From positions 1-31,190 of the forward strand of contig JBJMMA010000139.1 of the NCBI GenBank assembly GCA_045805065.1: DNA of 31,190 nt. The letters run 5' to 3'. Within the stretch, counting starts at the first letter, position 1; each line of letters begins with the position of its first letter. This document shows, piece by piece, positions 9,099 through 17,251 of the stretch. The notes below the pieces were generated by a model. It searched no databases, was not told where the DNA came from, and saw nothing but the letters and a program-made list of their open reading frames with translations. Source of the DNA: Bdellovibrionia bacterium (GTDB lineage: Bacteria > Bdellovibrionota > UBA1018). A program made the translations under genes and the position numbers.

Positions 9099-11841
9099 TC
9101 CAAGCGGTCGCGAGCGTTTTGTTTATTACTTCGGCGGCGGCAAAGCAGATGGCGCAGAAACCATGCGCGATCTGCTGGGCGGCAAGGGTGCCAATCTTCA
9201 CGGAATGACCAAGCTGGGACTACCTGTCCCTCCCGGCTTTACGATCACGACGGAAGTCTGCACGCACTTTTACGAGAGCGGAAAAACCTATCCACGCGCG
9301 CTTGAAGCACAGGTGAAAAAATCCCTGGCTCAGGTCGAGAAGCAGATGGGTCGCAAGTTCGGCTCCCGCAAGAGCCCGCTTCTGGTCTCTGTTCGTTCAG
9401 GTGCTCGCGCATCGATGCCTGGAATGATGGATACGATTCTCAACCTGGGCTTGAACGACGATACGGTTCAAGGTCTTGTAGAGGAGTCCGGTGACGCGCG
9501 CTTTGCTTACGATAGCTATCGCCGTTTCATCACGATGTACTCGGACGTCGTTCTGAACATTCACGCCAATCAGTTCGAAGCAGCTCTCGAAGACATGAAG
9601 CATTCTCGCGGTGTAGAGCTCGATACCGAGCTTACCGCGGAAGACCTTCAACAGCTGGTGCGCGAGTTCAAGCAAATCGTCCGTCTGGCTGGCAAGCAAT
9701 TCCCTGAAAGCCCATGGGAGCAACTCTGGGGTGCGATCGGCGCCGTGTTTGGCTCTTGGATGAGCCCGCGCGCGATCACCTATCGCAAGCTCAATGAGAT
9801 TCCTGAAAGCTGGGGCACCGCCGTCAACGTCCAATCCATGGTCTTTGGAAACATGGGCGATGATTGCGCAACGGGTGTTGCGTTTACCCGTGATCCATCC
9901 ACGGGCGAAAAGAAATTCTTCGGTGAATTCCTTGTGAACGCTCAAGGCGAAGACGTTGTGGCAGGCATTCGCACGCCACAGCCAATCAATGAATCTTCTC
10001 GCCATGCCGGCGCTGAAGAACTTCCAACGCTTGAGCACGTCATGCCTAAGGCATACAAGCAGCTTGTTGCGGTTTATCAGAAGCTTGAGAAGCATTATCG
10101 CGACATGCAGGACATCGAGTTCACGATCGAGCGTGGCACGCTGTACATGCTTCAGACCCGCAACGGCAAGCGTACTGCAGCCGCCTCTCTCAAGATCGCC
10201 TGTGATATGGTTCGCGAAAAGCTGATCTCCAAGGATGAAGCCATTCTGCGCGTCAATCCAGACCAGCTTGACCAGCTTCTGCACCCAACGCTTGATCCAA
10301 ACGCGAAAAAAGAAGTCATCGCCAAGGGTCTTCCGGCATCTCCGGGCGCAGCAACAGGTCAGATCGTGTTCGATCCAGAGACTGCTGAACGCTGGGTGAA
10401 AGAAATGAACCGCAAGGTCATTCTGGTTCGCCTGGAAACCTCACCAGAAGACATCGGCGGCATGTCCGTCGCGCAAGGCATCCTCACCGCTCGCGGTGGC
10501 ATGACCTCCCACGCTGCAGTCGTTGCTCGCGGCATGGGCAAATGCTGTGTCTCTGGCTGTAGCGCAATCAAAGTCAGCTACGAGCGCAAGGAATTCAGTA
10601 TCGGCAATCGCATCTTCAAAGAAGGCGATTACATCACTCTCGACGGAACCGCTGGCGAAGTGATCAATGGACGTGTTCCAACCATCACTCCCACGCTCAA
10701 CAAAGACTTCCAAGAGCTCATGAAGTGGGTGGACGAGAAGCGCCAAATCGGTGTTCGCACCAATGCGGATACTCCAAACGATGCTCGCGTCGCCAGAAAC
10801 TTTGGCGCCGAAGGCATTGGCCTTTGCCGTACCGAGCACATGTTCTTTGAAGCAGATCGAATCGACGCTGTCCGCGAAATGATCCTTGCTGATACTCCAG
10901 CAGGTCGTGAGCGCGCACTTGAGAAGATCCTTCCAATGCAACGCGTGGACTTCAAGGGCATCTTCCGTGAAATGAAGGGCCTGCCGGTCACGATTCGCCT
11001 TCTTGATCCGCCTCTGCACGAATTCATCCCTCATTCGGATGACGAACTTCATGCCTTAGCGAAGAAGATCGATGTTTCTTTTGATCGCTTGAAGCGCAAG
11101 GCGGAGAGCCTTCACGAGTTCAACCCAATGCTGGGTCATCGTGGCGTTCGTCTGGGCATCAGCTTCCCTGAGATCTACCGTACGCAAGTACGCGCGATCA
11201 TCGAAGCTGCTTGCGAGCTCTCTCGTGACGAAGGATTCAAGGTTGTTCCTGAAATCATGATCCCGCTGGTCGGCGATTGGCGCGAACTCAAGTTCGTGCG
11301 CGATTACTGCATCGATGAGTCGGAAAAGGTCATGGCTCGTTTTGGCCAGAAGATCAAATACACGATCGGAACGATGATTGAGCTTCCTCGTGCAGCGCTC
11401 ACCGCTGATGAGATTGCTCAGTACGCGGAATTCTTCAGCTTCGGAACCAACGATCTCACGCAAACCACTTATGGCTTGTCTCGCGACGACTCGGGCATGT
11501 TCCTCAAGGATTATATGGACGCCAAGATTTATGAGCGCGATCCATTTGCATCCCTTGATCGCGTGGGGGTTGGACGTCTGATGAAGATCGCGATCGAGGA
11601 CGGCCGCAAAACGCGTCCTGATCTGAAGGTTGGAATCTGTGGCGAACATGGTGGCGATCCAGCCTCTGTTGAGTTCTGTCATCTGGCAGGACTTAACTAT
11701 GTGAGCTGCTCTCCTTACCGCGTGCCGATCGCACGTTTGGCAGCTGCACAGGCTGCGATTCGCTTTTCCCAAAAGAGTGCAAAGAAGCCTGCAAGAAAAG
11801 CAAAAGTCGCATCCAAAGCACGTAAGAAAACGCGTCGCTAA
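9091..11841 (+). CDS. ppdK: Pyruvate, phosphate dikinase
   Basis: [60 protein letters not shown] 9091 overlaps the glyQS stop. Confidence 0.98.
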   Translation: MANPSGRERFVYYFGGGKADGAETMRDLLGGKGANLHGMTKLGLPVPPGFTITTEVCTHFYESGKTYPRALEAQVKKSLAQVEKQMGRKFGSRKSPLLVSVRSGARASMPGMMDTILNLGLNDDTVQGLVEESGDARFAYDSYRRFITMYSDVVLNIHANQFEAALEDMKHSRGVELDTELTAEDLQQLVREFKQIVRLAGKQFPESPWEQLWGAIGAVFGSWMSPRAITYRKLNEIPESWGTAVNVQSMVFGNMGDDCATGVAFTRDPSTGEKKFFGEFLVNAQGEDVVAGIRTPQPINESSRHAGAEELPTLEHVMPKAYKQLVAVYQKLEKHYRDMQDIEFTIERGTLYMLQTRNGKRTAAASLKIACDMVREKLISKDEAILRVNPDQLDQLLHPTLDPNAKKEVIAKGLPASPGAATGQIVFDPETAERWVKEMNRKVILVRLETSPEDIGGMSVAQGILTARGGMTSHAAVVARGMGKCCVSGCSAIKVSYERKEFSIGNRIFKEGDYITLDGTAGEVINGRVPTITPTLNKDFQELMKWVDEKRQIGVRTNADTPNDARVARNFGAEGIGLCRTEHMFFEADRIDAVREMILADTPAGRERALEKILPMQRVDFKGIFREMKGLPVTIRLLDPPLHEFIPHSDDELHALAKKIDVSFDRLKRKAESLHEFNPMLGHRGVRLGISFPEIYRTQVRAIIEAACELSRDEGFKVVPEIMIPLVGDWRELKFVRDYCIDESEKVMARFGQKIKYTIGTMIELPRAALTADEIAQYAEFFSFGTNDLTQTTYGLSRDDSGMFLKDYMDAKIYERDPFASLDRVGVGRLMKIAIEDGRKTRPDLKVGICGEHGGDPASVEFCHLAGLNYVSCSPYRVPIARLAAAQAAIRFSQKSAKKPARKAKVASKARKKTRR

Positions 11842-11870
11842 GACGCACCGTTAAAAAATTGACGCCATCC

Positions 11871-11913
11871 AAAAGGCCGATGTCTCACCCGACATCGGCC
11901 TTTTATATTTTTT
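11871..11913 (+). terminator. Intrinsic terminator after glyQS-ppdK
   Basis: Perfect inverted repeat AAAAGGCCGATGTC-tcaccc-GACATCGGCCTTTT followed by a T-rich tract. Confidence 0.9.
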
Positions 11914-12000
11914 ATGTAGTTTTGCTTCACAATCCCTTCACACATTGCCGCTCGACATGGTACAAATTAACTATATCGTCCACCCTGCAACGAGCCAAAA

Positions 12001-12726
12001 ATGACAACATCCGGATCTACACAACTTAAGCTTAAGACTCGAAAGCCTGGGCGTCCCCGTAAAACCCCTTCGGTTGAGGGGAAGCCTCGGGACATCAAGA
12101 ATGACATTCTCGACGCGACTGTTTCTTTGATCGCTGAGTTTGGCTTTGATGGGTTCGTCCTGCGAGACGTCGCAGACGCTGTAGGCGTTCACACCGCATT
12201 GGTGGGCTACTACTTCAAGACAAAGCAGCAGCTTGAGAAGGCCGCGCTAGATCGGCGCATTGAGCAACTCGAGAGCCTTTTTCCACAGCTTCATTCTTCT
12301 GAAGGTCTTCCGCCTTCCGAGGCAATTCGGTCAATCTTTGTAAGCTTGGCTAAAATGCTGGATCAAGGCGAAGCCGGTCACCGCTTCAACGGATGGACCT
12401 TTGCTAAAGGTGGCCAATATGCGGATGAGATCACGTCTCGCTTCTGCTTGCCAACCATCGCGTTGATTACAAAGCATTTCCAGAAGCTGCTTCCTGATCA
12501 GGATCCAATGGATTGCTCAACTCGAGCTCTTCTGCTTTTCACGCTGGCCCAGAACTGTGCAGCCCTAAAAGCCTGCCAGCTCAAGGTGTTCAAAATGGAA
12601 TACGATCACGAGCTCTTTGCGGACAAGTATTATCAATTGATTGAGCGTCAACTGATCCCGCAGGTTTGCGTATATCAGGCGGATGGATTCGGAGCGATCG
12701 CTTCGGATTCAGTTACGACGAACTAG
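12001..12726 (+). CDS. TetR/AcrR family transcriptional regulator
   Basis: GRPR, then ILDAT..LIAEFGFDG..LRDVADAVGV..ALVGYYFKTK helix-turn-helix. Confidence 0.9.
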   Translation: MTTSGSTQLKLKTRKPGRPRKTPSVEGKPRDIKNDILDATVSLIAEFGFDGFVLRDVADAVGVHTALVGYYFKTKQQLEKAALDRRIEQLESLFPQLHSSEGLPPSEAIRSIFVSLAKMLDQGEAGHRFNGWTFAKGGQYADEITSRFCLPTIALITKHFQKLLPDQDPMDCSTRALLLFTLAQNCAALKACQLKVFKMEYDHELFADKYYQLIERQLIPQVCVYQADGFGAIASDSVTTN

Positions 12727-12740
12727 ACCTCTTTCTCAAC

Positions 12741-13577
12741 TTAAGCTTCATCAATCAGCGCGAGAAACAGATTCTCAACCGCTGGCACCTGGCTCTTGAG
12801 CTGGGACTTGAGTGCCATGACAGCATGGCTATGGATCTGAGAGACGCGTGATTCGGTCACGCCCAGGATCGATGCGATCTCCCGCAGATTAAGCCCACGA
12901 TAATAGTAAAAATTAAGAACCATGCGGTCCTGTTCGGGAAGCCCCTGAAGCATCTTATCGACAACCGCCTTGGCTTCTTTGCGCACGACCTGGCGGAATG
13001 GATCCGGAAGCGATGAATCCTCCTGCTCCCAGCCATCAGGCATATCTTCCATGTTCACCAAAGACTGCGATCCAAGGTCACGCATCATCTCGTGGAACTT
13101 TTTAAGGGGGATTTTCATTTCTTTGCTGATTTCATGCGCCTCAGGACGCGAGCCCTTGCGCGCTTCAACGGCCTCGGCCGCGGCATGAAGCGCATCCATC
13201 CGGTCGCGCGCGCTGCGCGGAACCCAGTCTTGCTTTCTGAGCTCATCAATAATGGCTCCACGGATACGGAATTCGGCATAAGTATCGAACTTGGCGCCTT
13301 TGCGAGGATCAAATTTCTCGGCAGCATCCATGAGACCCAAGAAACCCATGCTGAAGAGATCATCTGTATCGACAGACGCAGGGAGCTCACGAGCCAGTTT
13401 CATCGCAATCGCTCTGACCTTGTAGCGATATTTTTCGATGACCTCGGCCTTGGTCAGGCCCATCGCAAACTTTTGACCACGACGTGATCCGAACCCAGGA
13501 GCAGACCGTGGGCGGGAGCGACGATCGTTGCGGGAAATTTTTGATGCGATGGTCTTAGCAGTAGCAACCTGGCTCAT
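12741..13577 (-). CDS. fliA: FliA/WhiG family RNA polymerase sigma factor
   Basis: DDL..GFLGLMDAAEKFDP, FDTYAEFRIRGAIIDELRKQDWVPRS, LREIASILGVTESRVSQIHS; ATG 13577 follows GGAGAAG. Confidence 0.92.
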   Translation of the reverse strand: MSQVATAKTIASKISRNDRRSRPRSAPGFGSRRGQKFAMGLTKAEVIEKYRYKVRAIAMKLARELPASVDTDDLFSMGFLGLMDAAEKFDPRKGAKFDTYAEFRIRGAIIDELRKQDWVPRSARDRMDALHAAAEAVEARKGSRPEAHEISKEMKIPLKKFHEMMRDLGSQSLVNMEDMPDGWEQEDSSLPDPFRQVVRKEAKAVVDKMLQGLPEQDRMVLNFYYYRGLNLREIASILGVTESRVSQIHSHAVMALKSQLKSQVPAVENLFLALIDEA

Positions 13578-13615
13578 AAAAGACTTCTCCATTCGTTATG
13601 TATGAGCACTAGTAG

Positions 13616-13631
13616 AGCAAGCCATATGCCG
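13616..13631 (-). promoter_or_regulatory. Putative sigma-54 -24/-12 promoter for the fliA-like gene
   Basis: Minus strand reads CGGCATATGGCTTGCT: GG-N10-GC with TTGC, about 40 nt upstream of the start. Confidence 0.65.
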
Positions 13632-13771
13632 CACCGCGTCGCCATGTGTCTGTTAAGACACGGATTAATTCCATTAGAGGAATTCCGTTTGAGCCCCGGC
13701 GCGCTTCTAAATCGCCGTTTAGGAGTTAGTCAGTTGACTGACCAAATGAGCAGCATCAAGCTGGAGAAAGG

Positions 13772-15043
13772 ATGACAATTCAAGCGCATGCAGTGACTCA
13801 CCCAGGAACAACTCGCCAATCCAACGAAGATAGTTGGCTCATCGACCCTGAGCTTGAGCTCTGTATCGTGAGTGATGGCAGCACTCACCCGAAAGGCTCC
13901 GCCTTCAGTGATTTGGCCTGTAAAGGAATTCAGAAATTCATCCAAGAGAACAAAAGGATCGTTGAGGCCCATCATAGAACTGGCTCCTCCGCGGACCGCC
14001 AGGCCCTGCTCGATCTGGTGAGGCAAGCCGTTGAAACGGTTTCTGCCTCCCTCTACCTGGAAACGCAGTCCCGACCAGAACTCAAGGGTGTCATCGCAAC
14101 CGCATGTCTTACGCTCTTTTCAAAGGGCTATGCATTTATCGCGCATCTGGGGGACAGTCGCGCTTACTCGGTTCGAGAGGGAGTTTTCCAGCTTCTGACT
14201 CGTGATCACACCTATCTGAACGCGCTCATTGCTGAAGGCAAAACCCTGGAAGAAGCCCGCCGTGTCACCTATGCCGAAAATCTTTCGGCAGCGATGGGAT
14301 ATCAGCCTCATGCGCGCGCAGCTGCGCAAGCCCGCGAGCTTGCGCTCGGTGAGCGAATCGTTCTCTGCACGGACGGTGTTTCAGACTTCTTTGGCCACAC
14401 GAGCTTTCGTGCGGCCGAATGGGCCAAAATCGAAACCGCTCCCCTGGCCGCCGCACTCAAGGATTATGCGCTCAGCAAGAATGCTCGCGATAATCTCACG
14501 GCAATTGCCATCGAATGGCTTCCGACAAAACAAGAGGCACCCAAGCCCACAAAGGATGTGTTGGCCAAGCTCGGTACCGTCAGCGGCATCAGGCTTTTCC
14601 AGCATTTTGGCGAGCGCTCTTTGATGAAGCTTCTCACTCTTTCAGACACGCGAGAGCTTGCTGAGGGTGAAACCCTGATTCGTCGCGGTGAGATCCTTAA
14701 CGAGATGTTCATCGTTCTCAGTGGAGAGCTCTCCATTGATCTTGGGAAAGGCCCGATCAATGCGACCGTGAAAAAGGGCGAAGTCGTGGGTGAGATGTCT
14801 TTGTTTGAGGGCTCACTTCCTTCAGCAACTTTGATCGCAAAGAGCCCCGCAACGGTTCTGACCTTTCATCGAGATCAGCTCTTCCAAGCGATGAAGGAAG
14901 ACGTGGAGTTTGCCGCGCGCCTGGAACTCGGTCTTCTTCAGGCCATTATCCGTCGTTTAAGAGAGCGAACCGAGACGGATGATGAGGCAAAAAGCCTTAA
15001 AAATTACACAGTTGTTTCCATCCTCCCCCCAGAGCAAAACTAA
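13772..15043 (+). CDS. PP2C/Stp1-type Ser/Thr phosphatase fused to a C-terminal cyclic-nucleotide-binding domain
   Basis: NEDS, VSDG, HLGDSRAY, LTRDH, CTDG, RDNLT; then GETLIRRGE...MFIVLSG...GEVVGEMSL. Confidence 0.9.
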   Translation: MTIQAHAVTHPGTTRQSNEDSWLIDPELELCIVSDGSTHPKGSAFSDLACKGIQKFIQENKRIVEAHHRTGSSADRQALLDLVRQAVETVSASLYLETQSRPELKGVIATACLTLFSKGYAFIAHLGDSRAYSVREGVFQLLTRDHTYLNALIAEGKTLEEARRVTYAENLSAAMGYQPHARAAAQARELALGERIVLCTDGVSDFFGHTSFRAAEWAKIETAPLAAALKDYALSKNARDNLTAIAIEWLPTKQEAPKPTKDVLAKLGTVSGIRLFQHFGERSLMKLLTLSDTRELAEGETLIRRGEILNEMFIVLSGELSIDLGKGPINATVKKGEVVGEMSLFEGSLPSATLIAKSPATVLTFHRDQLFQAMKEDVEFAARLELGLLQAIIRRLRERTETDDEAKSLKNYTVVSILPPEQN

Positions 15044-15168
15044 GCTGCTGTACTCGAAATCAACAGTGCCTGATTTAGTCTATTAATTCAGATTGTTAGA
15101 TTGTCTAAATTATGCATATTGCATTGCGTCACAGCTTTGATAATCTGGATACATCGGAGGCAATTCAG

Positions 15169-15240
15169 ATGCGCAGAACGTATCATCAGATTGGCAAAAT
15201 TCTCGAAACCCCGGAAACCGGCCCCCCGCGCACGCGATAG
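15169..15240 (+). CDS. Candidate 23 aa small ORF MRRTYHQIGKILETPETGPPRTR
   Basis: Perfect GGAGG at 15156-15160, 8 nt before the ATG; stop TAG at 15238-15240. Confidence 0.4.
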   Translation: MRRTYHQIGKILETPETGPPRTR

Positions 15241-15581
15241 CGTGAGCTAAACCGCTCCCAGCGAAAGGCGCTGACAAACCGCGACTCTCTCATCCAGAGT
15301 TTCGGGGGAAAAGCCCAAGTAGCACGAGCTCTGCGGTGCTCACGAACTGCCGGATGGATTCTAGGCCAGGATTCACCGCGACAGCTAATTCAATCCAAAA
15401 CAAAATAGTTTTCTTATAAACCCCAAGAAGAGCGGTACGCCGTGAGGCGCGATCCGAGGGCCGTGCGCCCGATCTCAGCTGGGGACATACAATGACGGTC
15501 TCTTTAAGGACCGTTCGAGTGACAGACTCAATAGAGACGGGCCCGGACCAGGCGATACCTGATACCGGGCCCGCATTATTT
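15200..15581 (+). ncRNA. Candidate large structured non-coding RNA of unassigned class
   Basis: At least 8 local hairpins (one with a GUGA GNRA loop) and several long-range 5-7 bp complementarities in a gap lacking any long ORF; G-U wobbles favour the plus strand. Confidence 0.6.
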
Positions 15582-15582
15582 T
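15538..15582. terminator. GC-rich hairpin, possible bidirectional terminator or 3' end of the structured RNA
   Basis: CGGGCCCGG-ac-CAGG-cgata-CCTG-ata-CCGGGCCCG followed by CATTATTTT; abuts the stop of the convergent PilZ gene. Confidence 0.55.
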
Positions 15583-16259
15583 AAAGGACAAGAATTCACG
15601 AACTGAACGCCGACTCCACGAGCAGGACTGCGAGCATCTTCCCCATCACTGATCCAAATGACTTTCGCCCGCGCCTGAAAGGTTTCCTTTACTACCCGCA
15701 AATCGCGGCAAGTCAGGCTGATATGAATTTCATCGCCTACCTGGAGCGAGATGCCGCGATACTCGAGAAAAGCGCCGCCTGCCGAATAATTCCTCATTCG
15801 AGTGGGTATCAAAAGTCCAGTACGCAGCTGCATCATTCGCGCTTCTTCATCTGTGGCAAAGCGAGGGCAAACCTTGGGTTTGAAGTCCTTGCCGGCCGCC
15901 ACTTTTTCAAGAAGGCCCTCAAAATTTCTCACATCAAAAGGTTTCTGAAGTGTCACTGCATTCTGAAGCGAGTGCACGCGGTCATACGATGAGAGCGCAA
16001 CTTGATTGGCCAGGATCAGAATCGGCGCGTTTGAAGTCAGACTAGAAAGCTGCTGGACGATTTCCAACTCATTTTGACCAAGTGCCACGCAATCGAAGAT
16101 GCATGCATCAAAACGGTACTCATCAAATAAGGTCGTTTCTTCCAGATCGGATTTGCCTAAATAGGCGGTGCGATAACATGTGAGAGATTCGATCACCGGC
16201 TCAAGATGAAAACGAGTATCAACGTCGGGACCCCCGACAATAAGAACTGTTTTCCTCAT
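15576..16259 (-). CDS. Degenerate receiver (REC) domain plus PilZ domain protein
   Basis: VLIV, IFDC, PILIL and QKPF receiver-like elements; KVCPRF, NYSAGGAFL, AKVIW and GVGVQF PilZ elements. Confidence 0.85.
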   Translation of the reverse strand: MRKTVLIVGGPDVDTRFHLEPVIESLTCYRTAYLGKSDLEETTLFDEYRFDACIFDCVALGQNELEIVQQLSSLTSNAPILILANQVALSSYDRVHSLQNAVTLQKPFDVRNFEGLLEKVAAGKDFKPKVCPRFATDEEARMMQLRTGLLIPTRMRNYSAGGAFLEYRGISLQVGDEIHISLTCRDLRVVKETFQARAKVIWISDGEDARSPARGVGVQFVNSCPLK

Positions 16260-16279
16260 AAATTTATTCCTTAAATTAT

Positions 16280-16307
16280 CTATCGGAACAATTTATGAAG
16301 CTCTTGA
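16280..16307 (-). promoter_or_regulatory. Putative sigma-28 promoter TCAAG-N15-TCCGATAG
   Basis: Same architecture as 166-193; about 20 nt upstream of the PilZ gene start, which has RBS AAGGA. Confidence 0.6.
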
Positions 16308-16333
16308 GTTCTATGTGATGAACTCGAGCAATC

Positions 16334-16975
16334 TCAATTCTTGAGCTTTAAAGTTACGCTGCCCGAGGATCCCCATGCCAGTCCTGGAGCCTCTTCGTGC
16401 ACATACACCCAATTCACGAGAGCTTGAGAGTTAGGCGAGAATGGCAAAACCGCATAGGTATCAGGCGAAATTTTCTGAAGCGTTGAGGCCATCGCAAAAT
16501 TCGCTGGCGAAATCCCCTCAAAAGCAGGCTCGGCTTCGATATAAAGTGAAGTCCCTTTGCCGTGCACAGCGCTCTTGAGCTCGAAAGTGGTATGAGTGCT
16601 TCCTATGACGCTTTTACCTTCCAGATTGCTTGCGGAACATGGCGCATCTCCCGGCTTTGCCACAGAGTCGACAACGTTAGCCGTCCAAGGCAGCGTTTGC
16701 GCTACCGTTTCGCCGGTACGAATGTCGCGCGCTTGAATCTGAATTTTACCGAGCTCAAAGCTCACCTGAGTCTTGCAGTAAGAGCTCACCTCCTCGACTT
16801 GCGCAGTTCCGATGATGTCCGTACGAGGAAGAAACTGAACCGACAGTTTGAAGCGACGGTCGTAGCTCACTCCTGAGTAAGAAGTCCCCTTGGATTCAAA
16901 CGTTCCTTCGTACTGCGAAGCATTCGCAATTCCAGTTACGAAAACGATACTGAGAATCGACAAAACTCGCGTCAT
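16334..16975 (-). CDS. Hypothetical secreted beta-rich protein
   Basis: ATG 16975 follows GGAGG; signal peptide MTRVLSILSIVFVTGIANA; two Cys. Confidence 0.8.
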   Translation of the reverse strand: MTRVLSILSIVFVTGIANASQYEGTFESKGTSYSGVSYDRRFKLSVQFLPRTDIIGTAQVEEVSSYCKTQVSFELGKIQIQARDIRTGETVAQTLPWTANVVDSVAKPGDAPCSASNLEGKSVIGSTHTTFELKSAVHGKGTSLYIEAEPAFEGISPANFAMASTLQKISPDTYAVLPFSPNSQALVNWVYVHEEAPGLAWGSSGSVTLKLKN

Positions 16976-17073
16976 AAACGGGCCTCCAAAACCTTTGGCT
17001 AAGCGGCTGATCAGTGAACTATTGCACAATTGAGAGGAACCGACTGATCATTACCCGCCCGATTATGCATTGT

Positions 17074-17094
17074 CCAATTATTTCAAATAATTGG
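17074..17094. promoter_or_regulatory. Perfect 21 bp palindrome, candidate operator
   Basis: CCAATTATTT-C-AAATAATTGG between divergent genes. Confidence 0.5.
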
Positions 17095-17131
17095 CTCTGC
17101 ATTTGTTCTTAAAAAATCTTTTGCCCGTCCC

Positions 17132-17159
17132 TTGCCTTTTTCGGCCTGCTTGTTACATT
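17132..17159 (+). promoter_or_regulatory. Putative sigma-70 promoter of smc
   Basis: TTGCCT-N16-TACATT with an extended TGn motif. Confidence 0.45.
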
Positions 17160-17251
17160 GCTCGAATCGCAAAACTAGCGAAGTGGGGACCGCTCTAGGC
17201 ACATTACGAGCCGAAAGTGGGGCTTTCTTTAAGAGTGGGGAATAGTAATTC

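Noticed and set aside
15193..15208. GGCAAA-ATTCTC-GAAA resembles the 5' half of a c-di-GMP-I (GEMM) riboswitch
   Set aside because: The complementary P2 strand and the GACGCAAA/GGCGCAAA segment do not follow
15303..15388. CGGGGGAA and CGACAGCTAA resemble conserved ydaO/c-di-AMP riboswitch segments
   Set aside because: No GGGGTGAA core and no CCYCG partner after GCTAA; at most a distant variant
15200..15581. tmRNA, RNase P, SRP, 6S, group I/II intron, retron or omega-RNA identity for the structured region
   Set aside because: No T-arm/CCA end or tag frame, no GAGGAAAGTCC, no SRP or domain V consensus, no single long rod, and no reverse transcriptase or IscB gene nearby
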